A DNA stretch of 64,000 bases from Candidatus Bathyarchaeota archaeon (lineage in GTDB: Archaea > Thermoproteota > Bathyarchaeia > TCS64): positions 128,001 to 192,000 of the forward strand of contig JBDRQD010000015.1 in NCBI GenBank assembly GCA_043826455.1. Direction: 5' to 3'. Below are positions 46,729 to 57,268 of this stretch, piece by piece. The position numbers and the translations under genes were made by a program. The notes below the pieces were generated by a model, which saw nothing but the letters and a program-made list of their open reading frames with translations, ran no database searches and had not been told where the DNA came from. How positions within the stretch are numbered: position 1 is the stretch's first letter; each line of letters begins with the position of its first letter.

Positions 46729-47958
46729 TTGACAAGCCTTATTCGTGTGCCTGAAGGTTTCGACAGGGACATCAAGCTCCTCACCACCAGCATGTTCACC
46801 CGCCGGATAGTCATGGGGTTCCTGGGGGTGGTGCGGGCCCTCTACTTCGCTTACCTGGGCTACACCGCTGTGGAGATCGGGTTGCTCCTGAGCGTGGCCA
46901 CAGGGGTGAGCGCCATCCACAACGTGACCTTCGGGTACCTCTGCGACAGGTACGGCCGCAAACCCTTCTTGGTGCTGGGCTCCGTCTTCGCCGCCCTCAG
47001 GATGGTCATCTTCGCAGTAAGCACCGACTTCTGGATGCTGGCCCTGGGCCAGGGGTTCGGCGCTCTGGGGGAGGGCGTGGGGGCGGGCCAGCCCGTGGTG
47101 TCCGGGTACATAACCGACAAGGTGGAGACTAAGGACAGACCGGGGGTCTACAGCGGCATAGCCATCACTAACAGCGTAGCCGCCACCATAGGCTCCGCCC
47201 TCGCCGGGCTACCTGTTTACCTTCAGGCGTCCCAAGGTCTAGGGCTGGTACAAGCCCACCAGGCTCTGTGGTGGGCCTGCGCCGCGACCTCTGCGCTGAG
47301 CCTCCTCATGGTGCTACCTTTGAGGGAGTCCAGCCGCCGCGTCGAGGTGTCAGCGGAACCTAAGGCTCCAGGGCGCCTTAACTGGGGCGCCATAACCAGG
47401 TTCAGCCTGATAAGAGGCACCAACGGACTGGCCTGGGGCCTGGCGGATAGCCTGACGCCCCTCTACCTGTTCTACAGGTTCGGGGTCGGCTCCGACGCCC
47501 TGGGACCCGTCTACGCTTTAGCCCGGCTCCTCTCAGTATTCAGTTACCTTGTCCTATCCAGGATCGTCGACAGATTCGGGGACATCCACACGCTGATAGT
47601 TAGCCGGATGGCGTCCGCGGTGCTCACCCTGGCCTTCGCCCTAGCCGGGTCCTACCCTGTGGCCGTGGGGCTGCTGGTGGCCAACAGGCTGGTGACCCTG
47701 TTCAGCATGCCCATCAGGCAGACCTTCGCCTCGGGCTTCGTGGACCCGGAGGAGACGGCCACAGCCATCGGCGTCAGCAGCTTCGCCAGGATGGGGGCCC
47801 AGACCGCGGCACCCACGTTGGCGGGGTACATGTTCGAGGCCCTGAGCCTTTCAGCGCCCTTCATGGTGGGGGCTTCGCTGATGGCGGTGAACGGCGCCCT
47901 CTACTGGGTGTTCTTCAGGTCGGGGGAAGATCAGGCTGCTTTGGCGGAGGCTGGCTGA
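46729..47958 (+). CDS. MFS transporter
   Basis: 12-TM pattern; GYLCDRYGRKP motif A, DRFG. Confidence 0.88.
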   Translation: MTSLIRVPEGFDRDIKLLTTSMFTRRIVMGFLGVVRALYFAYLGYTAVEIGLLLSVATGVSAIHNVTFGYLCDRYGRKPFLVLGSVFAALRMVIFAVSTDFWMLALGQGFGALGEGVGAGQPVVSGYITDKVETKDRPGVYSGIAITNSVAATIGSALAGLPVYLQASQGLGLVQAHQALWWACAATSALSLLMVLPLRESSRRVEVSAEPKAPGRLNWGAITRFSLIRGTNGLAWGLADSLTPLYLFYRFGVGSDALGPVYALARLLSVFSYLVLSRIVDRFGDIHTLIVSRMASAVLTLAFALAGSYPVAVGLLVANRLVTLFSMPIRQTFASGFVDPEETATAIGVSSFARMGAQTAAPTLAGYMFEALSLSAPFMVGASLMAVNGALYWVFFRSGEDQAALAEAG

Positions 47959-47960
47959 GC

Positions 47961-48368
47961 CTAAGGGCAGAACACAGGTGAGCCCTTCCGCCGCTGCTCC
48001 TCCAGCCACGCCTCCAAGCCCATCTCCCTGATCCTTTTCAGGTTCTCCACTGTGCGCCTGTGGTGGTCCATGCCGTCGCCGGCGAAGACCTCCAGCCTGC
48101 TGCAGACGAAGTCGGGGCACTCGCTACAAAGCTCAACGCCCTTCTCCCTGGCGCACAGCATCATGCCGCAGTCGGGGCTCCAGTGCCGATCCAAGCTCCC
48201 GGTGCACCCGTCGCACCGTATCTTCTCGGGGGCCACGTCCAGGTTCTTCTTATCCTTGAACCATCGGACCGTCTCCATCTGCTTCTCCGTGTCGCCTTTT
48301 CCTGCCTTGTAGATGTCGCATACGCCGCAGTTGAGGCCGCAGGCCCCCAGGACCCAGTCGTCACCCAT
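47961..48368 (-). CDS. DUF3795-like Cys-rich protein
   Basis: CGLNCGVC, CDGC, CxxxxC, CSECPDFVC. Confidence 0.8.
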   Translation of the reverse strand: MGDDWVLGACGLNCGVCDIYKAGKGDTEKQMETVRWFKDKKNLDVAPEKIRCDGCTGSLDRHWSPDCGMMLCAREKGVELCSECPDFVCSRLEVFAGDGMDHHRRTVENLKRIREMGLEAWLEEQRRKGSPVFCP

Positions 48369-48430
48369 ACTCGGAGAAGAGGCTCGGTCTTCAATAAATG
48401 TTAATGCGTCATGTGGCGCATGTATCATGC

Positions 48431-48919
48431 ATGATCTCCAGAGTCGAGGCGGGCCGCCTCATCGAGTACAGTAGCAGGTACATGCACGGGGTCCTAACGG
48501 GTCGCATCATGGCGGCCCTCGCCGAGGCCATGGAGGAGGATGCGGGGCTCTGGGAGACTGTGGGCATTCTCCACGACCTGGACTATGACCAGACGCGGGT
48601 GGGCGCAAGCAGGCACGGGGTGGTGGGGGCCGAGGTGCTCAAGGGGCGGCTGCCCGATGAGGCCCTCCACGCCATAGCCAGCCACGACCACAGGTCCGGT
48701 GTGAGGCCTGAGACCCTCCTGGATCACAGCCTCATACTGGCCGACGCCCTCGCCATACTGATGGAGGAGGTGGAGATGCGTAAGCCTGTGTCAGGCTGGG
48801 CCTTCCAGACGGCCCTCCTCAAGGTGGCGGGCTCCAAGCCCTGGATCAGGGACCTGATAACGGGGTACCCGTACGCCGACGAGGTGAACCTGAAGGCGGT
48901 ACTGGACGCGGTCCTCTAG
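48431..48919 (+). CDS. HD-domain (HDIG-like) protein
   Basis: GILHDLDY, HG, AIASH, LADAL. Confidence 0.8.
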   Translation: MISRVEAGRLIEYSSRYMHGVLTGRIMAALAEAMEEDAGLWETVGILHDLDYDQTRVGASRHGVVGAEVLKGRLPDEALHAIASHDHRSGVRPETLLDHSLILADALAILMEEVEMRKPVSGWAFQTALLKVAGSKPWIRDLITGYPYADEVNLKAVLDAVL

Positions 48920-48963
48920 GTGGATTCTTTTAGGCGTAGCCCGATACTTGTTCAGGTGATGTT

Positions 48964-49803
48964 TTGAGTAAGCCCATGACGGTTCACGGGTACACGGAGG
49001 AGCAGCTCATGGCCATGAAGCCCGACGATCTGAGGGCTGTCCTACACGAGCGCACCCACCACACCATAGAGGTGCTCATATACCGTATCCTCAAGGAGAG
49101 GCGGGATGTCCCCAAGGACTTCGGCGTCGTGGCCGAGTACCTGCTGGGGCTGTGGAAGAGGAGGGGGCTGCCCCTGGACCCCCCGGACATCAAGTGGTGC
49201 ACCAGGTACATCGAGTACGCGGCGAAGATGAGGGAGGGCAAGAAGGTGAGGCTGACGCCTACCCCCTGGGAGAGCTTCACAGAGGAGGAGGCCGGGACAG
49301 TGGAGCGCCTCATCTACGGCAGGAAGAGCATACGCCAGTTCAAGCCGGAGCCCGTGCCCGACGAACTGATAAGACGCATCCTGAAGGCGGGGCTCTACGC
49401 GCCCCACGGCTGCAACGTGGGCTGCACCCGGTTCCTGGTGCTACGCGACCCCGAGGAGCAGAAGCTGGTGCGCAGCGACATACCCATAGAGAACTGCGTC
49501 ATGATCGTGGTCCTCCAGGAGCTGAGCATGTACAAGACCCTCCGCTTCGACGAGTACGTGCCCCAGAACCTGTACTTCGACGCCGGGGCCGCCGCCGACC
49601 ACATATGCCTCATGGCCCACGCCCTGGGTCTGGGCAGTTGCTGGCTGACCCACGGCGAGGAGACCCAGAAGAAGCTGAGAGAACACTTCAAGTTGAGCCC
49701 CACCATGACCAGTCGCAACCACATAATAATCGGGTGGCCCGACGAAGACACCATCAAGTCTGAGAGGATGAGCCTGGACGAGGCCATCCTCAACAAGCCC
49801 TAA
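48964..49803 (+). CDS. Nitroreductase family protein with N-terminal extension
   Basis: RKSIRQF, YAPHGCN, MAHALGLGSCW. Confidence 0.85.
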   Translation: MSKPMTVHGYTEEQLMAMKPDDLRAVLHERTHHTIEVLIYRILKERRDVPKDFGVVAEYLLGLWKRRGLPLDPPDIKWCTRYIEYAAKMREGKKVRLTPTPWESFTEEEAGTVERLIYGRKSIRQFKPEPVPDELIRRILKAGLYAPHGCNVGCTRFLVLRDPEEQKLVRSDIPIENCVMIVVLQELSMYKTLRFDEYVPQNLYFDAGAAADHICLMAHALGLGSCWLTHGEETQKKLREHFKLSPTMTSRNHIIIGWPDEDTIKSERMSLDEAILNKP

Positions 49804-50384
49804 ACCATGTGGGTGAACACGATCCTGACGCCGATGAGCACCAGCACCAGCCCGCCGATTATCTGAGCCCGCTTACCCACGGCCTGCCCCGTCCGGTTCC
49901 CGATCATCAACCCCACGAAGGTGAAGATCAGGGTCCCCGCCCCCATGAAGAGGCTGGGGACGAAGATGGCGATCCTCTCAAGGCTGAAGCTGAGGCCTAC
50001 GGCCAGGCTGTCCACGCTCACAGCCACAGTGAACATGAGGAGGCCGAGTCCGCCCAGGACGCTCTGGGGGTTAACCTCCCCGTCCCCGTCCAGGCCCTCC
50101 TTCATCATCTTGCCGCCCACGAAGGCCAGGAGCAGGAAGGCCAGCCAGTGGTCGAACCCCGAGATGAGGTCAACGACAGTCGCGCCCAGGTACCAGCCCA
50201 GGGTCGGCATCACTACGTGGGCGGCGCCGAAGCTGAGGCTCATCCTGGCCGCGTCTTGGAGCCTGACCCTGCCGAGGCCGAAGCCGGTGACGGTGGCCAC
50301 GCTGAAGGCGTCCATGGCTAGACCTATCGATAGGATTATCAGGGTAGCCAGGTCCACGCCCAATTCCATCGACGGTCTCATCAT
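49800..50384 (-). CDS. mntP: Manganese efflux pump MntP family
   Basis: LAMDAFSV, DHW, SVDSLAVG, IGGLVL. Confidence 0.88.
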   Translation of the reverse strand: MMRPSMELGVDLATLIILSIGLAMDAFSVATVTGFGLGRVRLQDAARMSLSFGAAHVVMPTLGWYLGATVVDLISGFDHWLAFLLLAFVGGKMMKEGLDGDGEVNPQSVLGGLGLLMFTVAVSVDSLAVGLSFSLERIAIFVPSLFMGAGTLIFTFVGLMIGNRTGQAVGKRAQIIGGLVLVLIGVRIVFTHMV

Positions 50385-50458
50385 GTGCGAGTTCGGCGTG
50401 GTTTAAGTGTTTCTGGTTTTTCTGAAATTAGCTAAAAAATTTGAGGGTAAAAAAGCCC

Positions 50459-50533
50459 CTACTTGGATTTCTTCTCTTCCTTCTTCTTGCCGCCGCCGCA
50501 ACCGCAGCCGCAGCCGCCTTTCTTGGTGGACAT
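50459..50533 (-). CDS. 24-aa Cys/Gly/Lys micro-protein MSTKKGGCGCGCGGGKKKEEKKSK
   Basis: Manual translation; TTTATA box 25-30 nt upstream and a T-run just after the TAG. Confidence 0.7.
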   Translation of the reverse strand: MSTKKGGCGCGCGGGKKKEEKKSK

Positions 50534-50616
50534 GAAGCATCCGCCGCCTTCCCGGGATATAAAGCATTGTAGCCCACGGGCTTTTATCTTCAGCCGGCAA
50601 CACTAGGTTGATCTCA

Positions 50617-52071
50617 ATGTTGAAGGAGAAGGCTTGGAACTGGATCGATGAGCACAGGAAGGAGTTCATCGATGTAAGCGACAAGGTGTGGGAATACGCG
50701 GAGCTGGGCCTCGTGGAGTTCAAGTCGGCCGAGCTACACGCCAAGACCCTTGAGAGGCACGGCTTCAAGGTGGAGCGGGGCGTCGCCGGGATGCCCAGCG
50801 CCTTCGTGGCGTCATGGGGCAAGGGCAAGCCCATCATCGGCTTCATGGGCGAGTACGACGCCCTACCCGGCATAAGCAACAAGCCGGTGCCCAGGAAGGA
50901 GCCGCTGGTGGAGGACGGCCCCGGCCACGGCTGCGGCCACAACGTCCACGGCACAAGCGGCTTCATGGCCGCCATCGCCACCCGCTACGTGCTGGAGACA
51001 GAGAAACTCCCCGGCACCGTCAAATGCTTCGGCTCACCGGCCGAGGAGAACTACGACGGCAAGGCCTACATGGTCCGCGCCGGCAGCTTCAGGGGCGTGG
51101 ACGCGTGCCTCAGCCACCACCCCAGCAGCATGAACGTGGCCGGCCTCGCCAGCAGCAACTCCGTGAACAGCGTCAAGTACGAGTACCGGGGCAAGACGGC
51201 ACACGCGGCGGGCAGCCCCGAGATGGGTCGCAGCGCCCTGGACGCCATAGAGCTCATGAACGTGGGTGTAAACTTCCTCAGGGAGCACGTCATCCAGGAC
51301 GCCCGCATCCACTACGTCATAGAGCAGGGCGGAGGACAGCCTAACGTGGTCCCTGATTATGCTCGTAGCTGGTACTACATCAGGGCCCCGGAGAGGGACC
51401 AGGTGGCATCCATCTACCAGCGCATCAACAAGATCGCTGAGGGCGCTGCGTTGATGACGGAGACCGAGCTGAAGATCGACTTGATAGCGGCCATCTACAA
51501 CAAGCTGCCCAGCAAGACCCTCAGCGAGCTGGTCACAGCCAACATGCGTCTGGTGGGCGCACCCACGTGGACCAAGGAGGAGCTGGCCGTCGCCGCGGAG
51601 ATCGCCAAGACCATCGACAAGCAGAACAAGATCGACAGCCTCCGCAAGAACAAGGTGCCCAACTGGGAACGGTACGTGGACGTGAACCTAGTGACGGACA
51701 TCCTGGACGCCTGGAACGACGGCGAGATCAGCCACGGCTCAACGGACGTATCGGACGTGAGCTGGCAGACCCCCACCATGGAGTTCAGCACCGCCTGCAA
51801 CGTCCTGGGCGGGCCGGGCCACGACTGGAGGTTCACCGCCGTCAGCGGCATGAGCATAGGCCACAAGAGCCTGGTGTTCGCGGCTAAGACCATGGCGGCC
51901 AGCGCCCTGGACCTGTACACGAAGCCCGAGGTTCTGGAGAAGGCTAAGGAGGAGCACACTAAGAGGCTTGCGGGGCGCAAGTACACGTCGCCCATACCGC
52001 CTGAGATCGACCCGCCCCTGGAGATAGCCAAGGAGGCGTGGGAGAAGCTGAAGGGGAAGCGGGACATATGA
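50617..52071 (+). CDS. M20 amidohydrolase AbgB-like, copy 1
   Basis: EYDALPG, GHGCGHN, PAEE, HHP, GRSALDA, GSTD. Confidence 0.9.
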   Translation: MLKEKAWNWIDEHRKEFIDVSDKVWEYAELGLVEFKSAELHAKTLERHGFKVERGVAGMPSAFVASWGKGKPIIGFMGEYDALPGISNKPVPRKEPLVEDGPGHGCGHNVHGTSGFMAAIATRYVLETEKLPGTVKCFGSPAEENYDGKAYMVRAGSFRGVDACLSHHPSSMNVAGLASSNSVNSVKYEYRGKTAHAAGSPEMGRSALDAIELMNVGVNFLREHVIQDARIHYVIEQGGGQPNVVPDYARSWYYIRAPERDQVASIYQRINKIAEGAALMTETELKIDLIAAIYNKLPSKTLSELVTANMRLVGAPTWTKEELAVAAEIAKTIDKQNKIDSLRKNKVPNWERYVDVNLVTDILDAWNDGEISHGSTDVSDVSWQTPTMEFSTACNVLGGPGHDWRFTAVSGMSIGHKSLVFAAKTMAASALDLYTKPEVLEKAKEEHTKRLAGRKYTSPIPPEIDPPLEIAKEAWEKLKGKRDI

Positions 52072-53030
52072 GCACTGTAACCGTCGGCGGCGTAAAGGCG
52101 GCCCCGGGTGAGAAGGCTAAGGGGTTCCTGGACGCGGGCACCACCAGCGTCAACACCTACAGGGTGCCCCTCGCCATAATAAACGGCTCAAAGAAAGGTA
52201 AGACCATCGGCATCATCGGGGGCACCCACGGGACGGAGTTCGCCAGCATCGACGCCGTCATCAGGGCCATCCGTGAGCTGGACCCCCGGAAGATGAAGGG
52301 CACGGTGCTGGCTGTGCCCGTCCTCAACGGGCCCCAGTTCGAGCACAAGACCCAGTTCCTCAGCCCCTTCGACCAGATGAACCTCAACAGGGTGTTCCCC
52401 GGAGACCCCGTGGGCACCCTCAGTCAGCGCATAGCGTACACGGTCTACGAGAACGTCATCAAGAGGTGCGACGCGTTGATGGACTGCCACGGTGGAGACG
52501 TCAACGAGGACATCAAGGGCTTCGTCATAGCCGGCAAGGGCGACGACGAGGAGGTGAACAAGGTGGCTCTGGATATGGCCCGGTGCTTCCCCACGAGGTT
52601 CATCAACCTGTTCCCCGTGGCCCAGACGGGGCTCACCATGTGCGCCCAGAGCAGGCTCGGGATACCGTGCATAACCTCTGAGGCGGGCACCCCGTTCCCG
52701 GTCCGTGAGGACGAGGTCCGGTTCCATTATGAGGGCATAATGAACGTGCTCAGGTACTTCGGGGTCATCGAGGGAAAGCCGAAGATGGTGGAGCCCGTCA
52801 TCAGCAAGGGCAGCGCCAGGCTGAGGGCCGAGGAGGGGGGCATATGGAAGCCGGCCGTGGTCACAGACCAGCTGGTGAAGGCTGGGGACACCCTTGGCGT
52901 GGTGACGGACCTGTTCGGTGAGGTGAAGCAGACCGTCAAGGCGCCCCAGGGCGGCGTCGTGGGGATGATGAGGTGCTTTTACTCGGTGAACTGCGGCGAG
53001 CTCCTGGTCAGCGTCACCCTCCTGGAGTGA
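52068..53030 (+). CDS. Succinylglutamate desuccinylase/aspartoacylase (M14) family
   Basis: HGTE, NLNRVFPG, DCHGG, EAG, C-terminal biotinyl-like domain. Confidence 0.88.
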   Translation: MSTVTVGGVKAAPGEKAKGFLDAGTTSVNTYRVPLAIINGSKKGKTIGIIGGTHGTEFASIDAVIRAIRELDPRKMKGTVLAVPVLNGPQFEHKTQFLSPFDQMNLNRVFPGDPVGTLSQRIAYTVYENVIKRCDALMDCHGGDVNEDIKGFVIAGKGDDEEVNKVALDMARCFPTRFINLFPVAQTGLTMCAQSRLGIPCITSEAGTPFPVREDEVRFHYEGIMNVLRYFGVIEGKPKMVEPVISKGSARLRAEEGGIWKPAVVTDQLVKAGDTLGVVTDLFGEVKQTVKAPQGGVVGMMRCFYSVNCGELLVSVTLLE

Positions 53031-53103
53031 GTCATTAGACCACTCCGCCACCACGCCTCCACAGTTTTTTACGCTCCGGACGCTTTTTCCTATCTGAGTT
53101 TTC

Positions 53104-54552
53104 ATGTTGAAGGAGAAGGCTTTGAACTGGATCGACGAGCACCGTGAGGAGCTCATAGAGGTCTCTGACGAGATATGGGGCTACGCGGAGCTGGGCCTCT
53201 GCGAGGACAGGAGCAGTAGGCTGCTGGCTGAGAAGCTTCGGCAGTACGGGTTCAGGGTTAAGCACGGTGTGGCGGGGATGCCCACAGCCATCACCGCGGA
53301 GTGGGGTAAGGGCAAGCCCGTGATCGTGTGCCAGGGGGAGTACGACGCCCTGCCGGGGATCAGCAACAAGGCGGTGCCCTGGAAGGAGCCTCTGGTCCGG
53401 GACGGGATGGGCCACGGGTGCGGCCACAACATCCACGGGACGACGGCCCTGGCTGCGGTCATCGCGGTGAAGCAGGTGCTGGAGGCGGAGAAGCTGCCTG
53501 GCACCATCAGGTTCTACGGTACGCCGGCGGAGGAGAACTTCGGGGGCAAGGTGTACATGGTCCGGGAGGGCCTATACGGGGACGTTGATGCTTGTATCAG
53601 CCACCACCCCAGCAGCATGAACGTGGCGGGGCTCAGCAGCAGCAACGCCACCAACGGCGTTAAATTCTATTACTACGGTAAGACGGCCCACGCCGCCGGG
53701 AACCCGGAGATGGGTAGGAGCGCCCTGGATGCTATAGAGCTGATGAACGTCGGGGTGAACTTTCTCCGTGAGCACGTGATCCAGGAGGCCCGCATCCACT
53801 ACGTCATCGAGAACGGTGGCGGCCAGCCCAACGTGGTGCCTGATTATGCTAGCAGCTGGTACTACATCAGGGCGCCTAGACGCGACCAGGTGGACCCCAT
53901 CTTCGAGCGCATCAAGAAGATCGCGGAGGGTGCCGCGTTGATGACGGAGACGGAGCTGAAGATCGACCACACCGGCGGCCTGTATAATCTGATACCCAGC
54001 AGGTCGCTGAGCGAGGTGGTGACGGCCAACATGAGAGCCGTCGGAGCTCCCAAGTACACTGAGGATGAACAGGAGTTCGCAGCCAAGATAGCGGAGAGCT
54101 TCACACGGGAGTCCAAGGTGGACGGCCTCAGGAAGTACAAGGTGCCAGACTACGAGAAGTACGTGGACGTGAACCTCATGACCGAGATACTTGACCCGTG
54201 GAACGAGGGTGAGACCAGCCCGGGCAGCACAGACGTTGCTGACGTCACATGGGTGACCCCCGCCATAGAGTTCGGCACCACCTGCAATGTCCTCGGAGCG
54301 CCGGGTCACAGCTGGCAGTTCGTGGCGTGCAGCGGCTCAAGCATAGGCCACAAGTCGCTGATGTTCGCATCCAAGACCATGGCTGGCAGCGTCCTGGACC
54401 TCATGACGGACCCCGAACTGCTGAGGAAGGTGAAGGAGGAGCACAGGAAGCGGCTAGAGGGCCAGGTCTACAGGCCGGTGGGCGATCCTGACCGGAAGCC
54501 GCCCCTGGAGCAGGCCCGGGAGATGGCCGAGAAGCTTAAGGGCAAACAGTAG
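53104..54552 (+). CDS. M20 amidohydrolase AbgB-like, copy 2
   Basis: Same motifs as copy 1. Confidence 0.9.
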   Translation: MLKEKALNWIDEHREELIEVSDEIWGYAELGLCEDRSSRLLAEKLRQYGFRVKHGVAGMPTAITAEWGKGKPVIVCQGEYDALPGISNKAVPWKEPLVRDGMGHGCGHNIHGTTALAAVIAVKQVLEAEKLPGTIRFYGTPAEENFGGKVYMVREGLYGDVDACISHHPSSMNVAGLSSSNATNGVKFYYYGKTAHAAGNPEMGRSALDAIELMNVGVNFLREHVIQEARIHYVIENGGGQPNVVPDYASSWYYIRAPRRDQVDPIFERIKKIAEGAALMTETELKIDHTGGLYNLIPSRSLSEVVTANMRAVGAPKYTEDEQEFAAKIAESFTRESKVDGLRKYKVPDYEKYVDVNLMTEILDPWNEGETSPGSTDVADVTWVTPAIEFGTTCNVLGAPGHSWQFVACSGSSIGHKSLMFASKTMAGSVLDLMTDPELLRKVKEEHRKRLEGQVYRPVGDPDRKPPLEQAREMAEKLKGKQ

Positions 54553-54629
54553 CCCTTTCAACCCCCTTATTGCTGGTTTCGATGATAGGTTTTTATCCCT
54601 ATGGGGCTTTATCCCTTTAGGGACGACTG

Positions 54630-54911
54630 TTGGGTGAGCTGAAGATCTATCTCCCGGAGGACCTTAAGAGGGAGTTCAAGAAGAGGTCAATGGAGGCCTT
54701 CGGCTACGGCAGAGGCTCCATAAGCAAGGCGGCGGAGGAAGCCATTCAGAGGTGGGTCTCCGAGAGGGAGAGGATCATGGAAGTTGCTCCTCCGGAGGAC
54801 CCTGTCAGGGCTCTGAGGGGCATGCTGAGCCACGTGGAGGAGTCCTCCGTGGAGCTACAGCATGAGGCAGGTAGGATCAGGGCCGAGAGGGCGCGGTCCG
54901 GATGCTCCTGA
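54630..54911 (+). CDS. Ribbon-helix-helix antitoxin (VapB-like)
   Basis: LKIYLPEDLKREFK...SISKAAEEAI; overlaps the PIN gene. Confidence 0.75.
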   Translation: MGELKIYLPEDLKREFKKRSMEAFGYGRGSISKAAEEAIQRWVSERERIMEVAPPEDPVRALRGMLSHVEESSVELQHEAGRIRAERARSGCS

Positions 54912-55327
54912 TAGACGCCAATATCTTCTTGGAGCTAATGCTCAACCAAGCCCGGGCCGACGAGTGCGAGGCGTTCCTGACCGCCGTGGAGACGGGTTCT
55001 CAGGAAGCAGCCATGACAGACCTAACCCTTGACAGCGTCCTCATCATAATGGAGAACAGGGGAAAGGACGCCTCGGAGCTGGCCAAGTTCATCTCATCCA
55101 TTGTGGCGTACAGGGGCCTGAAGCTGTACTGGCTCTCGGTGGTTGACCGGCTCCACGCCACGGTGCATATGAGTCGGACCGGGCTCGACTTCGAGGACTC
55201 CACCCTGTTGGAGGCGTGTATGAGGCTCAGGGCTGAAGGCGTAGTATCGTTTGACAGGGACTTTGATGGAGTCCAGGGGATTCAGAGGTTTGAGCCTAGA
55301 GACCTTCTTCACAGGTACAGGAAGTAG
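54902..55327 (+). CDS. vapC: PIN-domain toxin
   Basis: IDANIF, LDFEDS, SFDRDFD. Confidence 0.88.
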   Translation: MLLIDANIFLELMLNQARADECEAFLTAVETGSQEAAMTDLTLDSVLIIMENRGKDASELAKFISSIVAYRGLKLYWLSVVDRLHATVHMSRTGLDFEDSTLLEACMRLRAEGVVSFDRDFDGVQGIQRFEPRDLLHRYRK

Positions 55328-55475
55328 GCTACACTGACTTGTATTTTTCAGAGTGGACTATTGCGCTGGTTTCATGAACTGGGCCCTCCCCATGACCGTG
55401 GATTCGAATTCCAACCTTTGCGCAACTTACTCGCCAGTTTATTACATCGGTAGTCCCTCTTTCATGTGATTCATC

Positions 55476-56921
55476 ATGTTAAAGGAAAAGGTGTGGAAGT
55501 GGATCGATGAGCACCGGCAGGAGTTCATCGACGTATCCGACAAGGTCTGGCAGTACGCCGAGCTGGGCCTAGTAGAGACCAAGAGTAGTAAGCTCATAGC
55601 AGACAAGCTCAGGGAGCACGGCTTCAAGGTAAAGCACGGTGTCGCCGGTATGCCCAGCGCCTTCGTGGCATCATGGGGCAAGGGCAAACCCGTCCTCGGG
55701 TTCCAGGGAGAGTACGACGCCCTGCCCGGCATCAGCAACAAGGTGGCCCCCGAGAAGGACCCCCTCGTCAAGGGCGCCCCGGGCCACGGCTGCGGTCACA
55801 ACATCCACGGCGCGACCGCTTTAGCCTGCGTATGCGCCCTTCGCCACGTCATGGAGCAGGAGAAGCTTCCCGGCACCATCAGGTTCTACGGGACGCCGGC
55901 TGAGGAGAACTACGGCGGCAAGGTCTTCATGGTCAGGGAGGGCCTCTACGACGGCCTAGACGCCTGTCTCAGCCACCACCCGGGAAGCATGAACACGGCC
56001 CGCCTCATGAGCAGCACCGCCGTTAACGGCGTCAAGTTCATCTACCGGGGCAAGACGGCCCACGCCGCAGGCAACCCCGAGATGGGCCGCTCGGCCCTGG
56101 ACGCCATAGAGCTGATGAACATAGGCGTCAACTTCCTCCGGGAGCACGTCATTGCCGACGCCCGCATCCACTACGTCATCGAATCCGGCGGAGGACAGCC
56201 CAACGTGGTCCCCGACTACGCCCGCAGCTGGTACTACATCCGGGCCCCGGAGCGGGACCAGCTGGACCCCATCTACAGGCGCATCATCAAGATCGCCGAG
56301 GGGGCCGCTCTCATGACCGAGACCGAGCTGGAGGTCCAGTTCATCGACGGCATCTACAACATCATCCCCAGCAGGACCCTCTCCGAGCTGGTGGTCAAGA
56401 ACATGCGGGAAGTAGGCGCACCCGAATACACCCCGGAGGAGCTGGAGTTCGCAGCCAAGATCGCGGCCCAGTTCCCCAAGCAGCAGAAGATCGACGCCCT
56501 ACGCAAGTCCAAGGTCCCAGACTACCAGCGGTTCATCGACGTGGACCTCCCCACCGAGGTCCTCGACCCCTGGGGCGAGGGAGAGACCAGCCCCGGCAGC
56601 AGCGACGTCGGCGACGTGAGCTGGGTCACACCCACCATGGAGTTCGGCACAGCCTGTAACATCCTGGGCGCCCCGGGCCACAGCTGGACCTTCGTAGCCT
56701 GCAGCGGCAGCACCATAGGCCAAAAGAGCCTCGTCTTCGCCGCCAAGACCATGGCCGGGGCAGCAGCCGAGCTACTCACAGACGAGAAACTCCGCGAGAA
56801 GGCACGGGACGAGCACAGCAGCCGCCTCAAAGGACGCAAGTACACCACCCCCCTACCAGTGGGACTCCAGCCACCCCTAGCCATCGCACAGGAGAACTGG
56901 GAGAAGACTCCTAAACAGTAG
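55476..56921 (+). CDS. M20 amidohydrolase AbgB-like, copy 3
   Basis: Same motifs as copy 1 (GSSD). Confidence 0.9.
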   Translation: MLKEKVWKWIDEHRQEFIDVSDKVWQYAELGLVETKSSKLIADKLREHGFKVKHGVAGMPSAFVASWGKGKPVLGFQGEYDALPGISNKVAPEKDPLVKGAPGHGCGHNIHGATALACVCALRHVMEQEKLPGTIRFYGTPAEENYGGKVFMVREGLYDGLDACLSHHPGSMNTARLMSSTAVNGVKFIYRGKTAHAAGNPEMGRSALDAIELMNIGVNFLREHVIADARIHYVIESGGGQPNVVPDYARSWYYIRAPERDQLDPIYRRIIKIAEGAALMTETELEVQFIDGIYNIIPSRTLSELVVKNMREVGAPEYTPEELEFAAKIAAQFPKQQKIDALRKSKVPDYQRFIDVDLPTEVLDPWGEGETSPGSSDVGDVSWVTPTMEFGTACNILGAPGHSWTFVACSGSTIGQKSLVFAAKTMAGAAAELLTDEKLREKARDEHSSRLKGRKYTTPLPVGLQPPLAIAQENWEKTPKQ

Positions 56922-57268
56922 CCCCCCTTCCGGGGCACCCACTCTCCCGATTTCGGGGTAACCGACGTTTAAAACAATAATGCTCCTACCCTAAACCAGA
57001 GCCGTGGAGCTGAACCCGAGCGGACAACAAACCCCGGACCTCCAAAAACAGCGGCGGACACCGCCACCCACCATCACCGCCCAAAGAAACCCGAAAAAGC
57101 CCCCAAAACACAAAACAAGCTTAAAAACGGGGAATCGCGGTGGCGGTGATGGGACCCCCCCTCCCCTCCACGTGCACGCACACAACAAAGACACGCCAAA
57201 AAAAGACCTAGAACGGCCCACAAAAAACCAATAACCAGAACCCTAAACCATAACAAGAAAAAAAAGGG

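Noticed and set aside
54630..55327. Mobile element around vapBC
   Set aside because: No transposase, integrase, terminal repeats or target duplication seen.
55377..55440. tRNA-like T-arm string GGATTCGAATTCC next to vapC
   Set aside because: No acceptor, D or anticodon arms can be built, and I saw no second copy that would suggest an att site.
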